From: an uncultured bacterium
Lineage (GTDB): Bacteria > Actinomycetota > Acidimicrobiia > Spongiisociales > UBA5794
Length of the DNA: 64,000 nt
Direction: 5' to 3'
Assembly (NCBI GenBank): GCA_963801165.1
Contig: CAWDDT010000011.1
Span: forward strand, 224,001-288,000
The position numbers and the translations under genes are program-made. Shown here piece after piece: positions 47,994 to 57,726 of the stretch (position 1 is the stretch's first letter; each line of letters begins with the position of its first letter). The notes under the pieces are model-generated. The model was not told the origin of the DNA. It did no database searches and saw only the letters and a list, made by a program, of their open reading frames with translations.

Positions 47994-49739
47994 ATGAAGA
48001 CAGCTAGACGTTTAGCCGTGTTGCTGTTCGTGCTCGCCCTCGTCGCAGCCGCGTGCGGTGGCGACGACAACGGTTCTGCGGGCACCACGACAACCAGCGC
48101 GGAAACAACGACCACTGCGATGGTCGAGCAAACCACGACCACTGCAATGGTCGAGCAAACCACGACCACTGCGATGACCGAACACACCGGCGGCACGATC
48201 ATCATCGGCACCACCGATACGATCGCTTCGCTCGACCCGGCCGACGCTTACTCGATCCACGACTGGGAGCTGCTCTCGAACATCAACGAGGGTCTGCTGA
48301 AGTTCAAGCCCGGTACGGTTGATCTCGAGCCCGCGCTCGCAACCGACATGCCGACGATCTCCGACGACGGTCTCACTTACACCTTCACCCTGAAGGACGG
48401 GATCATGTTCGGTGACGGCACGCCACTGACTGCGACCGACTACGCGGCACAGCTCAACCGGCTGCTGGCCCCAGGCCCAGGTCCCGATTGCCCCAACGGG
48501 GTGGCCGGCGCACTGGCGCAGCCGTTCGTGGAAAGCATCACGGCTCCCGACGCCAGCACGATCGTGTTCCAGCTCACCCGACCGGTGGGTTTCTTCAACG
48601 ACATCGTGGCCCGTCCGACCTACTTCCCGGCCGACCCGAACATCTACCCCGCCGACGAGTGCGTGCTGTTCCCAGAGGCACCCGTGTACGGAACCGGGCC
48701 GTGGTTCATCAGCGAGTACACCCAGAACGAGCAGGCAGTCCTGGAGCCGAACCCCTATTACACCGGGGACCTGAAGCCCCAGGCTGACCAGATCATCGTC
48801 CGCTACTTCTCGGATCCGCAGACAATGGCGCTGGCGATCCAGAACGGTGAGATCGACATCGCATGGCGGTTCCTCGGTCCCCAGCTGATCGGTCAGCTGC
48901 AGGACGCCGGTGGGCTCAACATCGGTACCGTGTCGGGTGGTGGGATCAGGTATCTGATCATCAACCACACGATGGCTCCGTTTGACGACCCCAACGTGCG
49001 CAAGGCGGTGGCCTCGCTCATCGACCGTGACGAGATCGCCGACGTCGTGTTCGGTGGCCAGGTCGACCCGCTCTACACCATGCTCCCCGATGGGTTCCTC
49101 GGCCAGAAGCCGTCCTTCGACGACATCTTCGCCGCCCCCAACGTGGACGCAGCCAAGACGTTCCTCGCAGACTCCGGTTACGACGAGAACAACCATCTGC
49201 AGATCGACCTGTGGTACCCACCTGAGCACTACGGAGCGGAGACGGCCGACTGGATGGCGCTGATCCAACAGCAGCTCGAAGCGAGCGGCGTGATCGACGT
49301 CAACCTCCAGTCCCAGGAGTGGAGCACCTATGTGACCAACCTCACAGGGGGCGACTCCTACCCGGCCGGAGTACTCGGATGGTTCTTCGATTACCCGGAC
49401 CCCTCCAACTATCTGGAGCCGTTCGTGTTCAACGGAGGTGAGGGGACCAACGTCACGGATGCCGACACCAACGAGCCGCTGACGGACGACGCAAGTCAGT
49501 TGGTTGACCTGCTCAATCAGGCGTCGACGGAGACCGACACGGCGGCAAGGGCGGATCTGTACGGTCAGATCCAGGACCTGTACGCCAACATGGTCGTAAC
49601 CCTGCCGATCGTCATCGTGTCCGAACACGTCGTGTTCCCGGACTACATCTCAGGGGCTGCCGACCAGGCCACTCCTGACACGTTGAACATCGGACCGGCG
49701 TTCGACCTCAACTACTCGCTGCTCAGCACGAGTAAGTAG
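47994..49739 (+). CDS. ABC transporter substrate-binding lipoprotein (family 5, DppA/OppA-like)
   Basis: GGAGG RBS; lipobox VAAAC; SLDPA, EPALA, SDDGLTYTFTLK, GTGPW. Confidence 0.92.
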   Translation: MKTARRLAVLLFVLALVAAACGGDDNGSAGTTTTSAETTTTAMVEQTTTTAMVEQTTTTAMTEHTGGTIIIGTTDTIASLDPADAYSIHDWELLSNINEGLLKFKPGTVDLEPALATDMPTISDDGLTYTFTLKDGIMFGDGTPLTATDYAAQLNRLLAPGPGPDCPNGVAGALAQPFVESITAPDASTIVFQLTRPVGFFNDIVARPTYFPADPNIYPADECVLFPEAPVYGTGPWFISEYTQNEQAVLEPNPYYTGDLKPQADQIIVRYFSDPQTMALAIQNGEIDIAWRFLGPQLIGQLQDAGGLNIGTVSGGGIRYLIINHTMAPFDDPNVRKAVASLIDRDEIADVVFGGQVDPLYTMLPDGFLGQKPSFDDIFAAPNVDAAKTFLADSGYDENNHLQIDLWYPPEHYGAETADWMALIQQQLEASGVIDVNLQSQEWSTYVTNLTGGDSYPAGVLGWFFDYPDPSNYLEPFVFNGGEGTNVTDADTNEPLTDDASQLVDLLNQASTETDTAARADLYGQIQDLYANMVVTLPIVIVSEHVVFPDYISGAADQATPDTLNIGPAFDLNYSLLSTSK

Positions 49740-49745
49740 AACCCA

Positions 49746-49778
49746 GCGAGGGGGCGGGCCGACGGCCCGCCCCCTCGC
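49746..49778 (+). terminator. Perfect GC stem-loop after the substrate-binding protein gene (attenuating/stabilising hairpin)
   Basis: gcgagggggcgggcc-gac-ggcccgccccctcgc, 15-bp stem, no U-tract. Confidence 0.75.
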
Positions 49779-49800
49779 CCAACGCCACACCCCATAAATC

Positions 49801-50898
49801 GTGTCGCCACTCGCCCTAATCTTTCTCATTGTCGGTATCCCGGCACTGGCCGGGCTGATCTACATATTTGTCAGAGGCTCCTCGGGGCTCCGCCGCTTCA
49901 TCATCACCCGCATCGCGCTCACCCTGCCCATGGTGTTCATCCTGGCGAGCCTCGTCTTTTTCGTGATGCACATACTGCCGGGGGACCCCATCACCTCAGC
50001 CCTCGGTCCCAAGGGCGACCCCGCCACCATCGCCCGGATTCAGGACCAGCTTGGCCTCAACGACCCCCTCGTTGTCCAGTACGGCCGATTCCTCGGCGAT
50101 GTGGTGACCCTCAACTTTGGTGATTCACTCACCGGGGGCCATCGACCCGTCCTCGACGAGATGAGCGAGCGCTTCCCCGCCACTTTGGAACTGGTGATCC
50201 CGGCCGCGCTACTCGCCCTCATCCTGGGCATCGTCGGCGGTGCGCTTGCGGCGTCGCGGCGAAAACGGACCACCGACTACGGGCTACGCATCTATTCGGT
50301 GGTGATCTACTCAATTCCTATCTTCTGGCTAGGTCTGATGCTCCAACTCATCTTTGGCCTGAAGCTCGGGTGGTTCCCTATCTCCGGGCGGATCGACGCG
50401 GTGGTGTCCACAGGTCTGCACCGGGTGACCAACATTCTCCTCATCGACTCGATACTGGCCTGGAACTGGACCGCGTTCCGCTCCGTGGTGTGGCACCTGG
50501 TGCTCCCCACGGCCACTCTCGGCTTGATCCTGTCCGGGGTCTTCGTCCGTCTCACCCGGATCAACGTGATCGAGACCCTGCAGATGGACTACATCGAAGC
50601 CGCCCGCGCCCGCGGCATCCGGGAACGGGTCGTGGTGTACAGCCACGCCCTGCGCAACGCCCTGATCCCCGTGGTGACCCTGATCGGCCTACAGGTCGCC
50701 ATCCTCCTCGCCGGGGCGGTCCTCACCGAGACCGTCTTCTCCTGGCCGGGGATGGGCCAGTACCTGGTGCAGCGGATCTCGGCCCGTGACTACACCGCCG
50801 TGCAGAGCGTGATCACCATGTTCGCCCTGATGGTGGCCGTGATCAGCCTGGCGATGGACATCGTGTACTCCCTGGTCGATCCGCGAGTCCGGTACTAA
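49801..50898 (+). CDS. ABC transporter permease (DppB-like)
   Basis: LPGDP, RFPATLEL, EAA loop DYIEAARARG, ETVFSWPG, DPRVRY. Confidence 0.92.
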   Translation: MSPLALIFLIVGIPALAGLIYIFVRGSSGLRRFIITRIALTLPMVFILASLVFFVMHILPGDPITSALGPKGDPATIARIQDQLGLNDPLVVQYGRFLGDVVTLNFGDSLTGGHRPVLDEMSERFPATLELVIPAALLALILGIVGGALAASRRKRTTDYGLRIYSVVIYSIPIFWLGLMLQLIFGLKLGWFPISGRIDAVVSTGLHRVTNILLIDSILAWNWTAFRSVVWHLVLPTATLGLILSGVFVRLTRINVIETLQMDYIEAARARGIRERVVVYSHALRNALIPVVTLIGLQVAILLAGAVLTETVFSWPGMGQYLVQRISARDYTAVQSVITMFALMVAVISLAMDIVYSLVDPRVRY

Positions 50899-50912
50899 GA
50901 GGAGGTGAGACG

Positions 50913-52187
50913 ATGAGCGCCCAAGAGCCAGAGGTGGAAGAGAAACAGCAGTGGGAGGAGGAGCTCGCCCGCGTGGGTCTCGTCCGTCGCCTGCTGCGCG
51001 CCCGGCGCTGGTACGGGGCCGACTGGTGGTTCGTGGCCATCTCGGGCGTGATGGTGCTCGGATTCCTGATCGTCGCCTTCCTCCCCGGTCTGTTTGCGCG
51101 ATACGCACCAGACCAGCAAGTGGGACCACGCTTTCTCGCACCCGGCGCTCATCCGGCAGTCCCCATCCTCGTCGCTGCCTCCGGGTCGGGCTTGGTCAAC
51201 CTCGAAGACCTTGCTGTGGGACCGGATGCAGAGGTGTCCCGGCCAAAGGTGGCGGTGGTGCGCGGTTTGCCGACTGCGGGTGCGTTGCGGGAGCGCGCGC
51301 AGGTCATCGACGACCAACTCCAGGTGACCGGAGACCTCAGGCTGCGGCCGTCGATCGAACGCTACGACACGCTCGACGAAGCCCTGCAGGCGGTCGCCGA
51401 TGGCGACGTGGTGGCAGCGGTGGTGGGTTCGGACCTGTTCGACGCAGACGCCGCCAAGTTCCCAACCCTCGCCGCAGGCAACGACATCACCGGCGAGCAA
51501 GCCGCCGCCGGCGGCTTCTTGCTCGGAACCAACCAGATCGGCCAGGACCTCTTCAGCCGTCTGGTCTGGGGGACGCGGGTGGCACTGCTGATCGGGTTCG
51601 CCTCGGCGGGAGTGGCCCTGGTGGCCGGAGTTCCGTTGGGGCTCATCGCCGGATATGCGGGAGGGAAGCTCGACCGGCTGCTCACGCTGCTGATGGATAG
51701 CCTCTACGCCTTCCCCGGTTTGATCCTCGCCATCGCCATCACCGCGGTGCTCGGGCCTTCGATCCTCAACGTGATCGTTGCCATCGCCGTGCTCTACGTA
51801 CCCACCTACTACCGGATCGTGCGCGGCCAAACACTGTCGGTGAAAGAAGACGTGTATGTGGAGGCTGCGCAGTCCATTGGAGCTACGTCGGGGTCAATCC
51901 TGCGTCGCTACATCTACCCGAACGTCATCCCGTCGATTTCGATCATCTTCTCGGTGAACATCGCCGACGCCATCCTCACCGGCGCCGGCTTGTCCTTCCT
52001 GGGACTGGGGCTCCCGCCCAACACCGCCGACTGGGGCATCGACGTCGCCCGCGGTCAGGAGTTCATCCAATCTGCCTGGTGGCTCGTCACCTTCCCCGGC
52101 CTGGCGATCATGATGGTCGTGCTCGCCTTCACCATGATGGGTGAAGGATTGACCGAGATCCTCAACCCTAAGCTCAGGGATCGCTGA
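50913..52187 (+). CDS. ABC transporter permease (DppC-like) with inserted extracytoplasmic domain
   Basis: LLGTNQIGQDLFSRLVWG, YVEAAQSIG, LSFLGLG; about 105-aa insert after TM1. Confidence 0.9.
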   Translation: MSAQEPEVEEKQQWEEELARVGLVRRLLRARRWYGADWWFVAISGVMVLGFLIVAFLPGLFARYAPDQQVGPRFLAPGAHPAVPILVAASGSGLVNLEDLAVGPDAEVSRPKVAVVRGLPTAGALRERAQVIDDQLQVTGDLRLRPSIERYDTLDEALQAVADGDVVAAVVGSDLFDADAAKFPTLAAGNDITGEQAAAGGFLLGTNQIGQDLFSRLVWGTRVALLIGFASAGVALVAGVPLGLIAGYAGGKLDRLLTLLMDSLYAFPGLILAIAITAVLGPSILNVIVAIAVLYVPTYYRIVRGQTLSVKEDVYVEAAQSIGATSGSILRRYIYPNVIPSISIIFSVNIADAILTGAGLSFLGLGLPPNTADWGIDVARGQEFIQSAWWLVTFPGLAIMMVVLAFTMMGEGLTEILNPKLRDR

Positions 52188-53185
52188 TGAGCTCTCCCCT
52201 CTACTCGATCAGGAACCTGACGGTCGAATACAAGACCCGCACCGGCCCGGCGCGTGCGGTCGACGACATCTCGCTCGACATCATGCGCGGGGAGATCCTG
52301 GGTCTGGTCGGGGAATCCGGCTGCGGGAAGTCCACCCTGGGCAAGGCGCTGATGCGGCTGCACACGGGGCCAGCCCGCATCACCGCCGGCGAACTGTGGT
52401 TCAACGACGAGAACTTGATGGAGCTGTCCTCCCGGAGGATGCGACAGCTTCGGGGCAGCAAGCTCGGGATGGTCTTCCAGGACCCGATGACCTCGCTGAA
52501 CCCGGTGCAGCGGGTCGTCGACCATCTCACCGAAACCATGCTGACCCACGAACCGGAGTGGACCAAGAAGGCAGCCCGGGAACGGGCCGAAGAGCTGGTG
52601 GAGAGACTGGGCATTCTGCCGGAGCGGATCGACGACTACCCACACCAGATGTCGGGCGGGATGCGGCAACGGGTGATGATCTCGCTGGCGATCGCCCTCA
52701 ACTGCGATCTAGTCATCGCCGACGAGCCCACCACATCACTCGACGTGATCGTTGAAGCGAAGTTCCTCGACCTGCTCAAGGAGCTGCAACGGGACTTCAA
52801 CCTGACGATCCTCCTCATCACGCACAATATCGGGGTGGTTGCCGAGGTCGCCGACCGGGTGGCGGTCATGTATGCGGGCAAGCTGGCCGAGGTGGGCGAC
52901 ACTTTCGAGGTCTTCGCTGCACCCCAACACCCGTACACCCAGGGTCTGCTGCGTTCCGTCCCCAACATCAAGCTGGACGGCGCCGAGCTGTACAAGATGG
53001 AGGGGACGCCGCCCAACCTGCTCCACCCCCCCAGCGGATGCCGTTTCCATCCCCGCTGCCCGAACGTGATGGACATCTGTTCCGTGCAGGAGCCGGGCTT
53101 CGACCCTCTGCATCCCGGAGACCCGCACCGGGTTGCCTGCTGGCTGTACGAGGAGCAACCGGTGAAGGTGGTGGGCGATGTCTGA
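52187..53185 (+). CDS. ABC transporter ATP-binding protein (DppD-like)
   Basis: GESGCGKS, FQDP, MSGGMRQR, ADEPT, GCRFHPRC. Confidence 0.93.
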   Translation: MSSPLYSIRNLTVEYKTRTGPARAVDDISLDIMRGEILGLVGESGCGKSTLGKALMRLHTGPARITAGELWFNDENLMELSSRRMRQLRGSKLGMVFQDPMTSLNPVQRVVDHLTETMLTHEPEWTKKAARERAEELVERLGILPERIDDYPHQMSGGMRQRVMISLAIALNCDLVIADEPTTSLDVIVEAKFLDLLKELQRDFNLTILLITHNIGVVAEVADRVAVMYAGKLAEVGDTFEVFAAPQHPYTQGLLRSVPNIKLDGAELYKMEGTPPNLLHPPSGCRFHPRCPNVMDICSVQEPGFDPLHPGDPHRVACWLYEEQPVKVVGDV

Positions 53186-54272
53186 CGCGATGATCGAGGC
53201 GACAGGAGTGACCGGTGGGCCGGCCCCCGACGGCGATGCGCTGGTCCAGGTCCGTGGTCTCGTCAAGCACTTTCCCCTCCAGAGCGGCTTCCTCGCCTCA
53301 CTGCTCAACCGGGGAGAAGTGCCGGCGGTGCAGGCAGTCGACGGGATCGACTTCGACATCCGCCGCGGCGAGGTGTTCGGTCTGGCGGGTGAATCGGGCT
53401 CGGGGAAGTCCACCGTGGGACGGCTCATCCTCAACCTGCTCGAGCCCACCGCAGGCCGCGTCAGCTTTGACGGCGTCGACCTCTCGACCCTGAGCGCAGG
53501 CGACATGCGGCGATTGCGCTCGCGGATGCAGGTCATCTTCCAGGACCCGCTCGCCTCGCTCAACCCGCGGATGACAATCGGTGAGACGATTGCCCATCCC
53601 TCCGAGATCCACCAGCCGGAGCTCAGCGCCGCCGAACGCCGCCGGGTGGTGTTCGAGATGCTCGACGCCGTCGGCATGTCTCCGCCGGACAACTTCGCCG
53701 ACAAGTACCCCCACCAGATCTCGGGCGGCCAGCGCCAGCGGGTAGTCATCGCCCGAGCTCTCGTGACCCGGCCCGACCTGATCGTCGCCGACGAGCCCAT
53801 CGCCATGGCCGATGTATCAGTACGGGCATTGCTCCTGGACCTAATGATGCGGCTCAAAGATGAGTTCGACCTCACCTACCTTTTCATCACTCACGACCTG
53901 GCCACCGCCAAGTACGTATGCGACCGCATCGCCGTCATGTACCTCGGCAAGATCGTCGAGGTGGGCCCACTCACCAGTGTCTACCGCGGGCCACTCCATC
54001 CTTACACTGAGGCGTTGCTGGATGCGGTGCCGGTACCCGATCCCCTTCACCGCCGGACCGAGCCGTTGCCACGCGGCGAGATCCCGAACCCTATCAATCC
54101 CCCACCCGGTTGCCGCTTTCATCCTCGGTGCCCTATCGCGGTCGCGGGCGTGTGCGATGCGGAGGAGCCGTATCTCGCCGGCCCCAACAGTGACGAAGGG
54201 CACCTGGCGGCGTGTCATCTGCGTACCGGGGCCCATCAGGATCTCGACTCGGCCCGGTTCCGGCCCGCATAG
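53178..54272 (+). CDS. ABC transporter ATP-binding protein (DppF-like)
   Basis: GESGSGKS, ISGGQRQR, ADEP, GCRFHPRC. Confidence 0.93.
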   Translation: MSDAMIEATGVTGGPAPDGDALVQVRGLVKHFPLQSGFLASLLNRGEVPAVQAVDGIDFDIRRGEVFGLAGESGSGKSTVGRLILNLLEPTAGRVSFDGVDLSTLSAGDMRRLRSRMQVIFQDPLASLNPRMTIGETIAHPSEIHQPELSAAERRRVVFEMLDAVGMSPPDNFADKYPHQISGGQRQRVVIARALVTRPDLIVADEPIAMADVSVRALLLDLMMRLKDEFDLTYLFITHDLATAKYVCDRIAVMYLGKIVEVGPLTSVYRGPLHPYTEALLDAVPVPDPLHRRTEPLPRGEIPNPINPPPGCRFHPRCPIAVAGVCDAEEPYLAGPNSDEGHLAACHLRTGAHQDLDSARFRPA

Positions 54273-54281
54273 ACAGGCCGC

Positions 54282-55628
54282 TCACCACGCCAGGTTGTCC
54301 ACGAAGCCATCTACGGCGACCTTGTCACCGGTTGGGCTTATCAGGCTGCCGTCCGTGGTGATGAGCGCGTCCCCGTTCCTGCTCACCGCGATGCCGGTGA
54401 CCCATCCGTCGACCGGCAGTGTGCTGGTCGCGCCATCGTCGCTCCGGGCGACCTGTTCGACCGTCGAGCGATCATTGCCATAGTCGATGAACCACATGCT
54501 GTCGGCAGTGACTGCTGCAAGATTCGATGCCCGGGACGGGTACTCGACGGCGGCGGAGTCCAGCGCCGTCGTTGCGTCGTACCGGATTCTCCGCACCGAT
54601 CCGTCGACAAGTGACGCCAGGAGGTCCCCATCGGTTGCCGGATCCCAGAATACAGCAGTGACACCCTGCGGGTCGTCATAGGTGGTCGGCGGTGTTCCGG
54701 GACGGAGCACGTACTCGGGCGTGGAGTCGCCGTCGGTGAGGTCGTACACCTCGACCTGGCTGCCGGGTGTGATGACCCACCCGCCCACCTCCGGATCCGG
54801 ATAACACTGCGAGGCAGCCACAATCGCAAGCCACCTTCCGTCCGGCGATATCGCCGGATCCCAGCCATCGGAGAAGGTCTCCTCGACACCCGTGCCCAAA
54901 TCGAGCCGCCGGATCTCGCCGCGGTCGCTGTCACACGAGTACCAGGAGTCCTCCCAACCCAGGCCAAAGAAGAGCTCCCCTCCATCTGCGGTCAAGTTGA
55001 AGCGCGTCGGGAACTCGCCCTCATCGTGGAAGTTGCGGTCGAAGGTCGCCAGGACCTCGCCGGTGACGACATCAAGCGCCACCAGCCGCCCGTTGACCTG
55101 GGCGAGCGCCGCTCCCTGGTCGAGCAGTTGCGCAAAGCTGTAGCCGAGGTAGCGGGGGTAACACGCGAGCGACGAGTCGAGATCCTGTGGGCACCCCAGG
55201 CCGGCTTCGGACCGGCTGCCCCACTCGCCCGAGTACACCACCCAATATCCGTGATTCAGCGACGGGTAGTCATCGGAGAGGAACACAGCACCTCCGTCGA
55301 TAGTCGCGGAGAGCGCTTCAGCTTCGGTTCGGTCATGTGTCGTCGTGTCGAGCGATGCATAGATGAGCGTCCACGCATCCCACGGTCCCGCAGACGGCGT
55401 GGCCGCAACAGCAGGAGTCGTCGTTGTCGTGGAGTTGGTGGTCGTGGAGGTCGTCGGCGCCGTAGCGGTTGCCGTGATGACTGAGGTCGTTGTGGTAACC
55501 GGGCTGGCCGCCACCGCTGTTGTCGTCGGGGTGGTTGCGGGCGTCGTGGCCGCTCCTACCTCGGGATCGGTACAGCCGCTCAGTGCCACCAATACCGCCA
55601 GGAGCCCGATCGTCCCGCCCCGTCTCAT
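54282..55628 (-). CDS. Lipoprotein with Thr-rich linker and probable beta-propeller (TolB-like) region
   Basis: Lipobox LSGC; poly-Thr; SDDYPSLNHGYWVVYSG; PAISPDGRWLA. Confidence 0.7.
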   Translation of the reverse strand: MRRGGTIGLLAVLVALSGCTDPEVGAATTPATTPTTTAVAASPVTTTTSVITATATAPTTSTTTNSTTTTTPAVAATPSAGPWDAWTLIYASLDTTTHDRTEAEALSATIDGGAVFLSDDYPSLNHGYWVVYSGEWGSRSEAGLGCPQDLDSSLACYPRYLGYSFAQLLDQGAALAQVNGRLVALDVVTGEVLATFDRNFHDEGEFPTRFNLTADGGELFFGLGWEDSWYSCDSDRGEIRRLDLGTGVEETFSDGWDPAISPDGRWLAIVAASQCYPDPEVGGWVITPGSQVEVYDLTDGDSTPEYVLRPGTPPTTYDDPQGVTAVFWDPATDGDLLASLVDGSVRRIRYDATTALDSAAVEYPSRASNLAAVTADSMWFIDYGNDRSTVEQVARSDDGATSTLPVDGWVTGIAVSRNGDALITTDGSLISPTGDKVAVDGFVDNLAW

Positions 55629-55724
55629 CACCGCCGCCTCTCTCGATCGGAACATTCTCCGACTCGTGACAACAACGTCCGGGGTGCGATGGACCGTTCC
55701 CGCGTCCGACCGGGAGTGCCCGGG

Positions 55725-56537
55725 TCAGACGAGATGGTAAGAGGTTCTTCGTGCGCCCCGCTCGGCGCGGATCATTCCCTGACCTTCGAGCTCCAGCAGG
55801 GTCGCTTGCACCTGGACCGGACCTACGAAGGGACCGCGACCGAACCGCAACCGCAGATCATCGAGGATCGTGAAGCCGTCTGCATGGCCGGTGCGTGCCA
55901 GCGCGTCGACAACCCCGCGTTCCAGATCGGGCGACTCGACGTGACCGAGCAGCCCCGTGACTGCCCGCCCGATCACGGTCCCCCAGCCGAGCAGCAAGCG
56001 GGGACCGACGAGCCAGAACATGAGGCTGATGGGAACGAACAGGAGCGATTCTGCGACCGTGTCGATTGTCAACGACCCGATCTCGGTCCGGGCACCGAGG
56101 GAGACCAGAACCGGCTGGGCGAAGCCGGCCACCATCAACCAGACGATGGTCACAGCCACTGTGAAGCCGATCACGCCGAGGGGGAGAGCGAGCAGTGCGA
56201 ACCACAACTCACCAGCCGCGGCGGGCCGGGTGAGCAGGCTCCGCAGCCGCTGCCAGAAAACGCCGCCCCCGGGAGACGGTCCCGATATCGAGCGGGGCAT
56301 CGGCGCATCGAGCAGCGTCCAGGCCAGCCGGCGCTCCAGCCGGGCAAAGGAGGCGGCGAACAGCAGCGTGACCACCAACACCGGTATCCCGGCCAGCGTT
56401 ACCAGCAGCCCGGCTCCCGCCGCCAGTCCGGTAACGACGATGGTGAACCCGACGACCCCCAGCGGCAGCGCCAGCAACAGATAGGCCAGACTCGTGTAGG
56501 TGCGGCTATCGACGTAGGCGTCCAACAACCAGCGCAT
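55725..56537 (-). CDS. Putative 'sensor' membrane domain fused to a C-terminal winged-helix-like domain
   Basis: AYLLLALPLG...GIPVL...ARLERRLA (actinobacterial sensor domain); C-terminal GFTILDDL...LLELEGQGMI...RRTSYHL. Confidence 0.7.
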   Translation of the reverse strand: MRWLLDAYVDSRTYTSLAYLLLALPLGVVGFTIVVTGLAAGAGLLVTLAGIPVLVVTLLFAASFARLERRLAWTLLDAPMPRSISGPSPGGGVFWQRLRSLLTRPAAAGELWFALLALPLGVIGFTVAVTIVWLMVAGFAQPVLVSLGARTEIGSLTIDTVAESLLFVPISLMFWLVGPRLLLGWGTVIGRAVTGLLGHVESPDLERGVVDALARTGHADGFTILDDLRLRFGRGPFVGPVQVQATLLELEGQGMIRAERGARRTSYHLV

Positions 56538-56875
56538 CAGGGTGACACCGGCCGGCGGGCCGCGGCCAGTGCGGTCGTGCCGAGTAGCAGCGGGATCAAC
56601 ACGCCATAGCTGAGCGAGCCGACCGCTGTCACCGCGAGGGTGACCACATGGACAACCGCAGAGACAGCAACCTGCCAGGAGGACAACACCGCTCCGACCA
56701 ACCCCGCCTCCACCCGAACCGGCGCCGCACCCAAGATCATCAACCGCCTAACACCCGATGCCGGCAAGTCCGCGATGGAGACGAGAACGACGACTGCCAA
56801 CACCAGAATCGGCAGACGGACGGTCCTCGCCGTGAGGGTGCGGCTGGTTGCAGGGGGTTCGGGCTGCGGGCTCAT
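56537..56875 (-). CDS. Small hypothetical membrane protein
   Basis: ATG overlaps the upstream stop (ATGA), TGA overlaps the downstream ATG; hydrophobic. Confidence 0.6.
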   Translation of the reverse strand: MSPQPEPPATSRTLTARTVRLPILVLAVVVLVSIADLPASGVRRLMILGAAPVRVEAGLVGAVLSSWQVAVSAVVHVVTLAVTAVGSLSYGVLIPLLLGTTALAAARRPVSP

Positions 56876-57150
56876 TGCGGCTTGTCCCCGCTCCGTGCCT
56901 CTCGCTCGAGCATGATCTGCTCGGGAGTCCGCACCACGAAGGCGAACACGGCGTGCGCTGCCACCAGGGTGCCCCAGCCAAACAGCGGGAAGATGAACCA
57001 CGGATAGGTGGCAGAGCTGAGGGCCCACACTATGGCCAGAAACACCTGGATGACGGCGAAGACCGCAAAGTGCAACCAGAACCATTGGCGGCGGGCAATG
57101 CGCCTCGCCTCGCTTTCCCGGTTGGCAAGCTCGGCAAACTCATCCATCAT
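56872..57150 (-). CDS. 2TM domain-containing protein
   Basis: FWLHFAVF...YPWFIFPLFGWG.LVAAHA. Confidence 0.82.
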   Translation of the reverse strand: MMDEFAELANRESEARRIARRQWFWLHFAVFAVIQVFLAIVWALSSATYPWFIFPLFGWGTLVAAHAVFAFVVRTPEQIMLEREARSGDKPQ

Positions 57151-57608
57151 TCTTCTCCTTCTTTGAGTGCTTGCTCGATCTCGGCGCCCGTCCGCTCGAG
57201 GATCGATTCGATTCGGGCTCGTTCGGCTTCACCGGCGAGACGGCGCCGTATGGGGAGACGGGAGGCGAAGTCGTCGAGGAGGGTCCCGACGGCGACCCGG
57301 TCCTCACCGGCCTCCGCTCGTGCCTCCAATGACGCCCAGCGTCCTGCGGAACCGGCTTTCTCTGCGGCGGCGAGCCCCGCCTCGGTCAGCCGGTAGATAC
57401 GGGTTCCGTCACTTTCATTGGTGGTGACGTGGCCCGTTTCGACCAGGGCCAGCAATGCCGGGTAAATAGCACCCGGACTGGGCTTCCACCCGCCACCGAC
57501 CCTCGTCTGCAGCTCGCTCATGATGGCGTAGCCGTGGGCCTCACCGAGGTCCCTGAGGACCACGGCAATGGCTATCTTCAGCTCGCCTCGTTTGAACACT
57601 CGACTCAT
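57147..57608 (-). CDS. PadR family transcriptional regulator
   Basis: RGELK, HGYAIM, WKPSPGAIYPAL, YRLTEAG. Confidence 0.92.
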   Translation of the reverse strand: MSRVFKRGELKIAIAVVLRDLGEAHGYAIMSELQTRVGGGWKPSPGAIYPALLALVETGHVTTNESDGTRIYRLTEAGLAAAEKAGSAGRWASLEARAEAGEDRVAVGTLLDDFASRLPIRRRLAGEAERARIESILERTGAEIEQALKEGEE

Positions 57609-57647
57609 AACGTAAGTTACGTTAAATGAAAACGTAACTTACGTCAA
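57608..57647 (-). promoter_or_regulatory. Sigma70-type promoter overlapped by two palindromic operator sites upstream of padR
   Basis: Minus strand TTGACG-17 bp-TAACGT-10 bp-ATG; ACGTAA-N-TTACGT palindromes at about 57610-57622 and 57632-57644. Confidence 0.8.
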
Positions 57648-57726
57648 GAGGAAGATGTGACCTAACCGAAGACGATTGTGGAAGCACTGCCCGAAGCCGC
57701 GGTGGGTACTGGCCGGCATCGAATTA

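Noticed and set aside
48108-48175. 27-bp tandem repeat (MVEQTTTTA) in the substrate-binding protein
   Set aside because: An ordinary Thr-rich lipoprotein linker expansion, like others in this window.
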